A DNA stretch of 64,000 nt from Eledone cirrhosa (lineage: Eukaryota). The stretch spans positions 25,730,001-25,794,000 of the forward strand of contig OZ024745.1 of assembly GCA_964016885.1 (NCBI GenBank), in the 5' to 3' direction. Positions within the stretch are counted from its first letter, which is position 1. Each line of letters opens with the position of its first letter. The notes beneath the pieces are model-generated. The model was not told where the DNA came from and searched no databases. It saw nothing but the letters and a program-made list of their open reading frames with translations. Position numbers and translations under genes: made by a program. This document shows, in pieces, positions 26,286 to 40,000 of this stretch.

Positions 26286-27222
26286 CTATCCTCGTTCTTA
26301 TACGTAACTTGCATTACAATTTAACAAATTCTATGTACTACACAGAAATATATTGGCTCTTAAAACGAACCAACAAAGAAAGCCTATTATATGCTTTGAA
26401 ATAGATGTTAAGTTTTCCTCAAATCATACCCCACCATCTTAAAAAGAAAATGCGACTTTAAATCTAGTTAAAAAACTCCTAAATTAACCTTACAATCATA
26501 AGTGGGAATACTGTATATTCATAAACAATCTTTGATCAGGGTTGCCCTTGAGGCTAAACAAGAGCAATATTTGAGATTAAATGTAGTAGTCAGTAGAGAT
26601 ATAGAGAAAATTGACGAGAAGAATATATTGTTGGATTAGCAAAATACGAAATTCAATATGCCCGAATTTTCTTGAGAAAGTTTGCTTGTATGTGCTTCCA
26701 TAATTCAATGTATGTCTGGTATTTCGTTTGTCGAGTTCAATTGTGGGTCAATAGGTCTTTTTTTTCTTCTTCTCCTTCTATCTTCTTTCCGTTACGTAGC
26801 GTTACTTCACATACTGATACTTTTCCTCTCTCTCTTTCTCTCTCTGCTTCTCGCTCACAGTCACACACACACAACTAAACTCGTTTTGTCCTCTTTTTAA
26901 TTTATCTGTCTGCCTGTCTATATATATTAGTCTAATTCCACTTTACTGTGAGTTCTGTGTAATTTTTTATTATCATTTCTTTGAATGTTTTTCTTCTCGA
27001 TTTTCTTTTCTAACCCTAACCCTGCAGCACACAGTCAGTCATGACACACAACTTCTTACATTATTGGTTTTTGGATCATCATTATTATTATTTGTGTGTT
27101 TTTCTTTACACGGTGAGAGGTGGGAGATGCTGACCCAATGCTTAGATCTACTCTCAAAGAAGGGCGTTTTTTTTCTTTCCCACGTTATTGGATACTGTCA
27201 GCTATCGAAATGATAGTCACTT

Positions 27223-27316
27223 TTTGCCGTTTACTTGCAAATGTTGCTCTGCAGTACCTACTTATATATATATATAAGTAGGTACTGCAAAGCAACATTT
27301 GCAAGTGAACGGCAAA
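27223..27316. repeat. ~94-bp palindrome centred on (TA)n
   Basis: tttgccgtttacttgcaaatgttgctctgcagtacctact-(TA)n-agtaggtactgcaaagcaacatttgcaagtgaacggcaaa. Confidence 0.9.
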
Positions 27317-27327
27317 CTATACACATA

Positions 27328-27413
27328 CAGGGTGTCCCCCACCCCACCCCCAAAATGTATACATACTTCAACACCATTCTAATCAAAGTATGTATACATA
27401 GTTTGGGGACACC

Positions 27414-27416
<3 letters not shown>
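27328..27416. mobile_element. Tc1/mariner-type MITE
   Basis: cagggtgtcccc...ggggacaccctg. Confidence 0.75.
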
Positions 27417-27458
<42 letters not shown>

Positions 27459-27480
27459 TTGAGGCCTTTACCGGAGACAT

Positions 27481-27530
27481 ACAAGGAACGTGCGTTTCGT
27501 TAGCCTGGAGACCAACTTTTTCAATCTGTG
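27481..27530 (-). ncRNA. degenerate U3-A8 hammerhead motif
   Basis: TTGAAAA-a-gttggtc/ggctaac-GAAA-cgcacg-TT. Stem I is weak. Confidence 0.4.
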
Positions 27531-29589
27531 CCTATATATATACTTTCAAGTGACAGAGCTAAAGATACTATGCAGAACCAGAGTACGAAAAACCGACCTT
27601 CGCTTACCGACTCCGCTTTCCACACACACATACACATAAGCTCATATACCCTGGAACCGATTAGGCAAACCTGGTGACGCATCTTAGCTAGAGGTAAATT
27701 GTCACCCCCATTTCAAACTGCTCATTAAATATTTTAGTAACCGGTACTAAATAGATATGATTCATATGTGGCACTCTGGTTTATACGTGTATATGATCTG
27801 TACATGGTTGACTTACAAGTAACAGAAAGGAATAAAAGATCTTGACATTTGGGCAAGTAGATCTCCTCAAATTTGTTGGCCCACCAGATCTAGCTTGTTT
27901 AAGTGGCCAGATGATACGTCTGTGTTCTTTCTAAAAAAAAAAAAACACGACGCTTTACTAAGATACAATTTAAACTTCTTTCACAACTGAGCCCGATTGA
28001 AATAGCTTTTACCGGCCTTAAAGACACACACACATTAAAGATTTCATTGGACACTATTAGTCGTAGATATATTATAAGATGAGATGGTCAATGGTGGAAT
28101 GATTTGATGAGATATCTACATCGATCAGAGCCGCAGTGTCGGAATAAACAACATTTATAACAATTACGATAAAAGAATTAATGAACAAACAATACATCAT
28201 AATATAAGAATAATGGAAAGAATCAATACTACTGTGTATATACAAGACACGCCTAAACCTTTTTCAAAACACTAAGACAACCATATAATTTACATTTCAA
28301 GTAAGCCAGCTTTTACATCCTATCACGCAAGCAACACATCAATATTAACAACCACCACAACAGCCTAGCAACGCTAGGAAGAAGTTATTATGGACTTGCA
28401 CGCAATGTCTATATATACTTGATGTCTATACTCCCCCAAGGAAGGAGCTCAAGTTGCGTGGCTTAGTGTTCGACTCTCGGTCATAAATTCGTGGGCTCTA
28501 TTCCTTGACTGGGATACACTCCATTTCACGCTGCTTTTCGTGATGAGACTGGCGCCCTATCATTAAAATTCCCGCGAAGTTCCTAAAATATATAACTTCG
28601 TAGGAGGTTAGCTAGACCTATTTATATAAAGAGCTACTTTCATTCGTATCCATATTTACTCATCTTTCTTTTTCGCTAAACCGATAGATAGATACATAAA
28701 TTAGATAGATAGATATCAGACATGTTTCCGGACAATTTCAGTCTACCTAATTTTACTAACTAGGCTTTAGTCACCTATGTATGGTAGAAATCATTTACCC
28801 ACGCTGAATAGCCCGAATATTGACTGTCAACGTGTGTGTATATTTATATAATTGTTAAAGGTATGCTCGTGTGAATGTGAGCGAGAGTAGATTTCTGTGG
28901 AAGCTGAATTCATTCAGAAGCAGTAGATGTGGGTAAAGGAGTAATGTAGGGAAGAATGCCCAATTGAAATGTTTTATGAACAAATAAGATCTCTCAGTGT
29001 TCTGGTAGTGAAGGTGGGGTTTTATGGGGTGTGGTTGATTGACTAGGGGTGACGGGAAGGAGCACATTAAAAATGAAAACATTACTAGTAATATTTCTCT
29101 TCCTCCAACAATATTGCAGAAAGACACACACACACACAATTCCCCCTTTCTCGCTCTCTGTTACACGCTGTTCCCTTTTATGCATCCCCCGCTTCTCTCT
29201 GTCTCATCCCCTTTGCCATTTGTATTCTGACACCCATTTCTTCACTCATAACCATGCTTCTTACAAGCCAACGAAGAAGTTGGATTCTATGTGGTAATTT
29301 GATTTGCTAGAAATAGCAACCAAATTTCCCTTAAATCAAATGCTACCATCTCAGAAGGGACACATTGACCAATGTAATCTGGAATGTATAAAGCTTGAAA
29401 CAAAACCCCCAGAAAGACGGAGTGGTCATTGCTGGAACGCTTTTGATTATAAGTCTGCTTAATCAGGCTCAATACCAACTACTCACCAAAAAAATAAAAC
29501 ATATTACAGGCTTATATGATAGACCCTATAGATGTCTCGCCCCGGGAGGACCGCTCCACCCTCTACTTACGCTACTGCTGTGAATTCAG

Positions 29590-29861
29590 ATCTTGACTCT
29601 TGTCACCGGAAAAACGGTGACACCCAAACCTCATTCGCCTAACGAGTAAGGTGGAGCTCGTCAAATCGGATCGAGGAAACAGTGTTTCCATTGGTCTTTC
29701 CAATTGCTAATTCTATCTGTCGGCCGTAAATCCAGGTAGAAGAAAGAGTAACGTGAAATAAATTGTTTTGCTCAAGGACATAAACGAATAGCCCGGTCTA
29801 AAAACCGAACTCAGAACCTCACGATTACGAATCCAATTCTCTAACCACTCAGCCACGTGCC
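29590..29861 (-). mobile_element. SINE family B
   Basis: Reverse complement of the 488 family with a longer tail. Confidence 0.82.
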
Positions 29862-30349
29862 TTCACAGATAGTATATATAATGGAAAAGCCTAGGAGAAT
29901 AAAAAGTTTCCTCAGTCCCATCTAACGATATGTTATTTTCCTTTCCTGCCGTGGTATATGTATAACTTTTCAATTCAAATTACTTGCGCCAAGTCAATTG
30001 ATATGTTAAATGAGGAGATCGCTGAGAATTCCAGTTTTTTGTCTATGAAAGGCCAGCAAACCTGAAATGCCCCAGGCCCAAATCCAGCCCTGCATGTACG
30101 ATTCTATTGTGAATTACACTCTGTTAGTGCTGCTAAAGGAATATATAACAGCAATTATCATTGGAAGGCGAAGTAAAGATTAAGAAGTCGTGCCATTGTG
30201 AGTGTATCATGTGATATGAGACGCCAGCAATAGGTCAGCTGTTTTCTTTTTGTTAATTTTTCATATTTTTATTTTTAAAGAATGCCGGCAGGTGAAGATT
30301 AACTCAAATATTTACGTCGTGTGGGTGTAACTTGAAAAACTCACATTCC

Positions 30350-30397
<48 letters not shown>

Positions 30398-30434
30398 ATG
30401 TACACACACACACATATATATATATTTGAGTGAA

Positions 30435-30680
30435 GGCGCGTGGATTGGATTCGCAATCGTGGGGCTGTGAGTTCGATTCCCAGACCGGGCTATGCGTTAT
30501 GTCCTTGAGTAAGACAATTTATTTCACGTTAATCCTTCTGCCTGGATTTACAACCGACAGATAATATTAGCAACTGGAAAGACCAATGGAAACATTGTTT
30601 TCTCGGTCCGATTTGAAGAGGTCCACCCTACTCGTTAGACAAATGAGGTCTGGAATCTTGTCGATTGACAGGTGATCTTA
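30435..30680 (+). mobile_element. SINE family B
   Basis: B box gttcgattcc and conserved body. Confidence 0.82.
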
Positions 30681-30839
30681 TTACATATGTCATATATATT
30701 TGTGTGGGAGTGTGTGGCTAATAAAAAGAAACACGAGCGAGTAAACACATATTGGACGTGTTAAAATGACAAAATAATTTTTAACTCCGCCTTATATATT
30801 TTTAATAGAAAGTTTGGTGGGGCTGTCGTCTTATGTTTA

Positions 30840-30946
30840 TATATGTAGATATTTGTTTATATATAGGTATATGTGTATATATATATATATGTATAGGTAT
30901 ATATATATATGTATGTATAGGTGTATGTATAGGTATATATATATGT

Positions 30947-30983
<37 letters not shown>

Positions 30984-31549
30984 GGTATATATATATATAT
31001 ATATATGTATAGGTATATATATATATATATATAGGTATATGTGTGTATATATATATAGGTATATATGTGTGTATATATATATAGGTATATATGTGTGTAT
31101 ATATATATAGGTATATATGTATATATATATATATATAGGTATATATGTATATATATATATAGGTATATATGTGTATATATATATATAGGTATATATGTGT
31201 ATATATATATATAGGTATATATGTGTATATATATATATAGGTATATATGTGTATATATATATATAGGTATATATGTGTATATATATAGGTATATATGTGT
31301 ATATATATAGGTATATATGTGTATATATATATAGGTATATATGTGTATATATATATAGGTATATATGTGTATATATATATAGGTATATATGCGTATATAT
31401 ATATATAGGTATATATGTGTATATATATATATAGGTATATATGTGTATATATATAGGTATATATGTGTATATATATAGGTATATATGTGTGTATATATAT
31501 AGGTATATATGTGTGTATATATATAGGTATATATGTGTATATATATATA

Positions 31550-31581
<32 letters not shown>

Positions 31582-31589
31582 GGTATATA

Positions 31590-31621
<32 letters not shown>

Positions 31622-31867
31622 GGTATATGTGTGTATATATATATATATATGTATATGTGTGTATATATATATATATGTATGTATATGTGTGTATATATAT
31701 ATATATATAGGTATATGTGTGTGTGTATATATATATAGGTATATATGCGTGTGTGTGTATATATATATATATAGGTATATGTGTATATATATATAGGTGT
31801 GTGTGTGTTTATATGTGTATATATATATATATAGGTATATGTGTATATATATATAGGTGTGTGTGTG

Positions 31868-31909
<42 letters not shown>

Positions 31910-31913
31910 TATA

Positions 31914-31949
<36 letters not shown>

Positions 31950-32036
31950 GGTATGTGTGTGTGTGTATATATATCTATACATATATATATGTATGTGTGT
32001 GTGTGTGTATATATATATATGTATACATATATATAG

Positions 32037-32070
<34 letters not shown>

Positions 32071-32129
32071 GTGTATATATATATATAGGTATATGTGTGT
32101 GTGTATATATATATATATGTATATGTGTG

Positions 32130-32160
<31 letters not shown>

Positions 32161-32960
32161 GTATATGTATATGTATATATATATGTATATGTGTATATAT
32201 ATATGTATATGTGTATATATATATGTATATGTGTATATATATATGTATATGTGTGTATATATATATATGTATATGTGTATATATATATGTATATGTGTGT
32301 ATATATATATATGTATATGTGTATATATATATGTATATGTGTGTATATATATATATGTATATGTGTGTATATATATATATGTATGTGTGTATATATATAT
32401 ATATGTATATGTGTATATATATATATGTATATGTGTATATATATATATGTATATGTGTATATATATATATGTATATGTGTATATATATATATGTATATGT
32501 GTATAGATATATATGTATATGTGTATATATATATATGTATATGTGTATATATATATATATATAGGTATATGTGTATATATATATATATAGGTATATGTGT
32601 ATATATATATATAGGTATATGTGTATATATATATATAGGTATATGTGTATATATATATATAGGTATATGTGTATATATATATATAGGTATATGTGTATAT
32701 ATATATATAGGTATATGTGTGTATATATATATATAGGTATATGTGTATATATATATATAGGTATATGTGTATATATATATATATAGGTATATGTGTATAT
32801 ATATATATAGGTATATGTGTATATATATATATATAGGTATATGTGTATATATATATATAGGTATATGTGTATATATATATATAGGTATATGTGTATATAT
32901 ATATATATAGGTATATGTGTATATATATATATATAGGTATGTGTATATATATAGGTATAT

Positions 32961-32991
<31 letters not shown>

Positions 32992-33303
32992 GGTATATAT
33001 ATATATATATATATATAGGTATATATATAGGTATGTGTATATATATATATAGGTATATATATAGGTATGTGTATATATATATATAGGTATATATATATAT
33101 ATATGTATGTGTATATATATATATATATAGGTATATATATATATAGGTATATATATATAGGTATATATATATAGGTATATATATATAGGTATATGTATAT
33201 ATATATAGGTATATGTATATAAATATATATTTATAGGTATATGTATATATATATATATTTATAGGTATATGTGTATATATATATAGGTATATGTGTGTGT
33301 ATA

Positions 33304-33344
<41 letters not shown>

Positions 33345-33369
33345 ATATGTGTATATATATATAGGTATA

Positions 33370-33411
<42 letters not shown>

Positions 33412-33431
33412 TATATATGTATATAGGTATA

Positions 33432-33462
<31 letters not shown>

Positions 33463-33485
33463 GTTTATATATGTTTATAGGTATA

Positions 33486-33516
<31 letters not shown>

Positions 33517-33613
33517 GTTTATATATGTATATAGGTATATGTGTGTGTGTCTGTATATATATATATATATATATGTTTATATATGTATATAGGTATATGT
33601 GTGTGTGTGTGTG

Positions 33614-33665
<52 letters not shown>

Positions 33666-33685
33666 TATATATGTATATAGGTATA

Positions 33686-33737
<52 letters not shown>
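30840..33737. repeat. ~2.9-kb compound (TA)n/(TG)n array punctuated by TAGG
   Basis: Direct inspection. Confidence 0.95.
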
Positions 33738-33740
<3 letters not shown>

Positions 33741-33883
33741 CGAGTAAGTATGTTTTGAAACTGTGGGCAGGTTTGAAATTAGAAAATACAATAGCTTTCA
33801 CCGTATTTTTGACTAAAGAAATTTTAGCCTGATAATGGGGTTTCGAACCCTCAGATAAATGGAAAAAGATGAGTATTGACGTA

Positions 33884-33927
<44 letters not shown>

Positions 33928-33946
33928 TGTGTGAATATATATATAT

Positions 33947-34140
33947 AGGAACAAGTAGAACCCCGACGGCAGAGCTCAAGCCGTTTCGACGGCTAATTCT
34001 GGTCCAGAAATAGCCGTCGAAACGGCTTGAGCTCTGCCGTCGGGGTCATACTTGTTCCTAATACCCACTCTACTACTCTAGGTATTGAGTACTTTGGTGC
34101 GTTATGGTCCATCTGGTTCCTTACCACATTTCTTTCGTTA
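33947..34140. mobile_element. palindromic pair of hammerhead 3' halves (family of 48838)
   Basis: ccccgacggcagagctcaagccgtttcgacggcta.ttctgg-t-ccagaaatagccgtcgaaacggcttgagctctgccgtcgggg, followed by the family tail. Confidence 0.75.
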
Positions 34141-34211
34141 TATATATATATATATATATATTCACACACGCAAGCATGCATATAGGTGTATACATATATA
34201 TATATATATAT

Positions 34212-34480
34212 TTGTAAATGTGTTGGCGTCCACTCTGTATGAGTCTTCAGCACGCGAATAGCCATTGCAAAGCGAAGCCAGCGAATAGCCATTGTGGCAA
34301 AGTGAAGCCAGCCACGCCTTATAAGGTATCCGACTGGAGGTCATAGACCAATCACTATGTCAACGGTGAATACTATAGATTGTCAACATTCTGATTGGTT
34401 GACGTCTGTAGCCAACATCTGTTTGTGTGGCTGCAGATTATTTGGTTGGTCATGGCATCAACTCCTCTCGGCTGAAACTC
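34212..34480 (-). mobile_element. PLE-like pseudo-LTR with CCAAT, TATA and a decayed hammerhead
   Basis: Minus strand ccaatcag ... ttataagg ... gtg-CTGAAGA-ctc/gag-t-GGAC (GAAA lost). Confidence 0.45.
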
Positions 34481-34599
34481 TCACACACGTACGCTTAACG
34501 ATGTGTGTGTAACATATATATGTGTATATAATAAACATACATATGTGTGTGTATAATATGCATGTGTGCATATATATATATATAATATACATCCATATA

Positions 34600-34636
<37 letters not shown>

Positions 34637-34701
34637 TGTGTGTGTGTATATAAATATATGCGTGTGTGTGTGTGTGTATATAAATGTGTGTGTGTATATA
34701 A

Positions 34702-34742
<41 letters not shown>

Positions 34743-34835
34743 AATATATATATGTGTGTGTGTGTGTATATAAATATATATATATGTGTGTGTGTGTATA
34801 TAAATATATATATGTGTGTGTGTGTGTCTATATAA

Positions 34836-34867
<32 letters not shown>

Positions 34868-34931
34868 ATATAAATATATATATACGTGTGTGTGTGTATG
34901 TGTGTGTATATACATATATATATAATATACA

Positions 34932-34988
<57 letters not shown>

Positions 34989-35244
34989 ATACATATAATA
35001 CATATATGATATATATATATATATATATATTTCGTTTCTGAATTTGTATAGCAAGATTCTTTATCTGAAAACGTGTGTTGAAACCGATATTGTTATAGTT
35101 TGGGAGGGTCATGTTGCCAATAAGAAACACACGGACCAGTCGCTTTCACTTTAATTTATTATAAATTAAATTATAAATTTTTAAAAAATTTATAAATTTC
35201 CGGTTGGTTGGTTGGTTCCTCAACCGGACGGTTGTTCATATATT

Positions 35245-35294
35245 GTCAAAGTTCTTTCGTCGCACATTCTGTGATGTGTGACCTCATCAGTGAC
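35245..35294 (-). ncRNA. type I hammerhead ribozyme motif (minimal stem III)
   Basis: gtca-CTGATGA-g-gtcacacat/atgtgcgac-GAAA-gaac-TT-tgac. Lies in an element (35030-35365) between microsatellites. Confidence 0.65.
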
Positions 35295-35436
35295 TGGGGA
35301 TTCTTTTCTTTGTTTTGTGCCTCTCTTTTGTTCTGTCCTACGCCATCTTGTTTTCGTTTGTCCACATATATACATACATACATACATACATGTATATATA
35401 TATATATCCAGGGAGTGTAACTTGGAGTTACTGTAA

Positions 35437-35512
<76 letters not shown>

Positions 35513-35630
35513 CACACATATATATAACTGCAACAATGACATAAATACGTACTTAAGTTTATGTCAGTTGTAATTATTTATACTAAACTCGTTCTATGGT
35601 CTGAGTGCTCTTACCAAACTTTTGCTATAG

Positions 35631-35662
<32 letters not shown>

Positions 35663-35686
35663 GAAAGTGAACACAAAATATAACTA

Positions 35687-35759
35687 CTCCATTACCAAAG
35701 GTTTCTGGATCCCAGACAATATTATATTAATATACGTCTGGATCGTTCATCAGACTGAG
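35687..35759 (-). ncRNA. type I hammerhead ribozyme motif
   Basis: ctcagt-CTGATGA-long stem II (gatccagac..atatt/aatat.gtctgggatc)-GAAA-cctttgg-TA-atggag. Confidence 0.68.
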
Positions 35760-35761
35760 AT

Positions 35762-35832
<71 letters not shown>

Positions 35833-37176
35833 CTGTGTGCTACATCAATACAAAAACCAAAGTCCATATATGTGTGTGTGTGAAAACCTCCACAAGAGAA
35901 CAATACAATGATAATATATAATGCTGTGTATGATTCCTGATGGAGTCATCGTAGTGCAGTCGTGACAAATGTAGACTTGGTGGTAACCGTTCCTTTCCAG
36001 GCATGAACACAGCTGATGAGAGAGAAGAGAGAAACTGTGAAGGACAGAGCTGAAGAATTTATCCCAATACTGTACACAATATTTCATTGGAAAAAGTAAT
36101 TAAATTAGTTAATTGTTGACTCTGAAAGACTTAAAAGGATGATTTGAACTCATTATGCAGAGCCGAAATGAATACGGGATATTAAGTATTCTATCCACCA
36201 TCACCACTACAACCAACACCACCATCCTATAATCACAAGCTTTTGTGAGGTGAACAATGTGTCTCTACCCAGATGCTTAATTTGTTGGAAATAACAGCCA
36301 ATATTTCCTCATATCAAACGTATTCAACTGTTAATATGGCTGACATTTTGTTTATAACATCAACAATACATGGTATTTTATTGTGTTTTAAAACAATTCT
36401 GCAAACTTGAGAGATGGATTAACCATATGGGTTTTAAGGGAATGCCCGGTGTGCCGCTGGTCTGAGTAAAAAGTCATTGCCGTTGTAAATAGATTGGAAC
36501 TGAAATAGAGCGCGTGATAGCTGAGCTGTGAAACCACGCATTTGACTCTCGCTACTCTGTAGTCTGTTAGTGTCGTCCAGATGCGCTAGTCGACTTTGGA
36601 ACCCAGACTGATTTTGGTTTACGGAAGGTTTAGAGAATCAAGTGCATTTAAAAGAGAGTATATTTCAGACTATGAGCGAAGAGTGCTACAATATTGCGAG
36701 TGCACCAAGTAAATTTGATACAACGCATAGCATATTGCTGTCTTAGCTACCAGCCTTATATAACAGCTAGTGATGGTTTGTTTATTGGACGAAGTAAATA
36801 AATTCTGTTACCAAGGTAACCAAGCCAGACTACATACGCAATTGCAAAGACTGTAATAGATTATTTCGTTGTATGAATGTTGTATATGTGAAAAGATAGC
36901 TGGAATTCAGGCAGATAACCTCCATTTACGTACAAGGCGTCTGCATATGTGTGTGTATATATATCATTTATCCGTTTATTTTTTATATTGGTTTCAGTCA
37001 TTAGACTGTGGCTATGCTGGGGCACCGCCCCAAAGAGATTTCGTTGATCATATTAATCTCAGTACTTACTTTTTCAAGTTTTGTACATATTTTATCAATC
37101 TCTTTTTGTCGAACTGCTACAGTATAGGATATAACCACAGATACGGATATAAACACTCTCTCTCTCTGTATGTATG

Positions 37177-37217
<41 letters not shown>

Positions 37218-37248
37218 AGATCAAAAGATGGTTAAAGGAGTTCCATGT

Positions 37249-37317
37249 ATTTTATTATGCGCATTTCAAAAACAAACATCATCATGCAATAATATTTGTG
37301 TTTTCATCAGATAAAAC
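37249..37317 (-). ncRNA. type I hammerhead ribozyme (mirror copy)
   Basis: Exact reverse complement of 37431-37499. Confidence 0.85.
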
Positions 37318-37430
37318 AGGAGAACATGATATGAAGGCTAAAAAACACTTGTGGATAGTGCAGTTTTAAATCAACATATTTAAAACTGCACTATCCACAA
37401 GTGTTTTTAGCCTTCATATCATGTTCTCCT

Positions 37431-37499
37431 GTTTTATCTGATGAAAACACAAATATTATTGCATGATGATGTTTGTTTTTGAAATGCGCATAATAAAAT
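37431..37499 (+). ncRNA. type I hammerhead ribozyme
   Basis: Stem I gttttat/ataaaat, CTGATGA, 16-position stem II with three G-U pairs and one mismatch, GAAA, palindromic stem III ATGCGCAT, AUA site (predicted cut after 37492). Confidence 0.87.
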
Positions 37500-37624
37500 A
37501 CATGGAACTCCTTTAACCATCTTTTGATCTTATATTATGCATACTCCAGTCCTACAAACTGTAGAGTGCTTCTTATCCGATATCTGCATTGCTTTATTGT
37601 ACTACAATAAAACTCACCTCCTAC

Positions 37625-37664
<40 letters not shown>

Positions 37665-38367
37665 GTGTGTATAAACACATTTATACATATACATACATAT
37701 TACTTAATTATATGTTTATGTAATAATATATATTAAATATTAGTCAGTTTTCTTCCCATACTTTTTTTCATTGTTGTTGCTTGTATATCTTAACTCTTGT
37801 AACTGAGGTATTGAGGGGGAAACTCTACGTAGTCGATCAACAAGCTAGAAATAGCAGCCAAATTACATCAGTTGGTCTTAAGAAAAGACAAACATATTAA
37901 GCTATGTAGTTTTGGTTATACAATACGCACGCATCGGCCCGGCTGTAACATCTTTTACTATATAAGGTCACTGCTCAAAACTGCTGTTGAGGCAAGGATA
38001 GAGTCTTCATGAAGTTGCTTGACCTGGAAAACTTTGATGCCAAACCTTCCTCAAATCATCTACCGTACTGTTTTAGAAAAAGGCACATATAGTAATGCAG
38101 TTCAAGAGAATATGAAGAACAGTCCAAGATACACTCTATCTGAATAAAAAGGGTCTATGATAACGGTCGGAATGTGTTTAATTATAGGGGTCAAGCCGAG
38201 ACAAAACAACACAAACATTCCATTTAGTACTATATTTGTGAAGTTGAGTTGAAATGTTTCTTCAGTTGAACCATTGAACGACAAGTAGGCGAAACTCCAG
38301 AGTAATAAGACGCACCCACCATTTAGAGCACACAGACACACACAAACAAACAGACACACGCACACAC

Positions 38368-38399
<32 letters not shown>

Positions 38400-38400
<1 letters not shown>

Positions 38401-38526
38401 GGAAAAAGTATGACCCCGATGGCAGAGCTCAAGCCGTTTCGACGGCTATTTCTGGACCTACTCTACTACCCTAAGTATTGAGTATTCTGGTGCGTTATGG
38501 TCCATCTGGTTCCTTACCACAACTCG

Positions 38527-38596
<70 letters not shown>

Positions 38597-38705
38597 TTGG
38601 AGGCGTAAAAACCAGTTAGACCATTACTCACCAGAGTACTCGATACTTGAGGCAGTAGAGTGGGTAATAGAAACAAATTCAGGCCCTCTCCTGAATATTT
38701 CATTA
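38400..38705. mobile_element. fragments of the 48838 hammerhead family around (TA)n
   Basis: Hammerhead 3' half at 38414-38458(-), tail at 38459-38530(+), diverged tail at 38590-38690(-). Confidence 0.65.
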
Positions 38706-38767
38706 TATATATAAGTATATATATGTATATAAATATATATACTTTATATATATATATATATATATAT

Positions 38768-38799
<32 letters not shown>

Positions 38800-39081
38800 C
38801 TTTATATGTATATATATATATATATACATATATATACATATAAAGAAAACCAACATGAGACTAAGTCAAAAGACGCGGGTTGAAAGAGATTATTGACGTG
38901 GGATGTACATGCATGCTTGTGTTTCTGGTATTTCTTTTATGTTAGAAAAGATTAAAAAGTATTATCCTTTCATGAATTTTGACACAAATACCGCCAGGTT
39001 GAATTCTAATTAAGGTGTGACAAATCACACTCATACACATATCTATATAAAAGTATGCATGTATTATGTGCATATGTATGC

Positions 39082-39117
<36 letters not shown>

Positions 39118-39210
39118 TTAGAAAAAACAATGTTTACATTTGACGCTTCAACCAAGATGGTACGTACATACATCGGTCGGTAATTAAACGCTTGTTATAT
39201 GTTGTATATA

Positions 39211-39285
39211 ATTGATCCTGATGATTTCTCTCTAAATGTATTGTAAGGAATATTTTTTAGAGAATGAAACATTTGTAGATGAAAT
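39211..39285 (+). ncRNA. type I hammerhead ribozyme motif
   Basis: ttgatc-CTGATGA-t-ttctct..aaa/ttt.agagaa-t-GAAA-catttg-TA-gatgaa, followed by AATAAA. Stem I is imperfect. Confidence 0.65.
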
Positions 39286-39461
39286 AAATAATGTTTTAAT
39301 TGTTGAACATTGGTGATCTACTTCTTGTGTTAATATATGCTCCGTGATTATAAGTCACGACCGGAAGTATACCAACTGGATTTACCTCTGAAATACCTTC
39401 GTTAATCTGGAAATAGAATAAACTACATCTGAGCTTTAAATATCTGCATGCTTGTATTATC

Positions 39462-39520
<59 letters not shown>

Positions 39521-39589
39521 CACATTATTTTTACACATATATACACATTATTTTTACAAAATTGTTGTCTTCGGCCTCGATTCTATTTA

Positions 39590-39646
<57 letters not shown>

Positions 39647-40000
39647 GTAATTGCCGAGCAGTGAGCGCAAACCGGTTTTAAAATAAGGAGGGCAAAATGT
39701 TTTCCTCGCTCACCCGAAGACAATATTTTGATCACTCATTATAATATTTTGAGGTGGGAAGAAACAAAAGCTTTGTTATTTGGGATTCACCTCTGTTAAT
39801 TTTATCTACAGGGAGGGGAAGTTATGGAAGGGGTAAGGGTCGACTAGATGAGGTTTTTTTTATTTATTTATTTCAAAGTAACCAATAGTGTATGAGATAT
39901 CAACACTCATATATTCAAGCTATTTATTGTGCTTGTTTAAAACAAGGTCAAGCGTTATCAAAGGCATTTCTGGCAATGACTATCACGTTATATACAGAAA

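Larger units (their letters stand above)
37209..37630. mobile_element. palindromic PLE-like element (arms about 160 bp, 37209-37371 and 37379-37540)
   Basis: Arms identical except for one homopolymer base, about 7-nt spacer, flanked by (TA)n. Confidence 0.9.

Noticed and set aside
27011-27023. Telomere-like TAACCCTAACCCT
   Set aside because: Only two units, so uninformative.
33820-33870. CTGATAA plus hairpin as a hammerhead
   Set aside because: C3-A8 mismatch and no correctly placed GAAA.
36005-36040. CTGATGA...GAAA
   Set aside because: No stem II, stem III or UH site.
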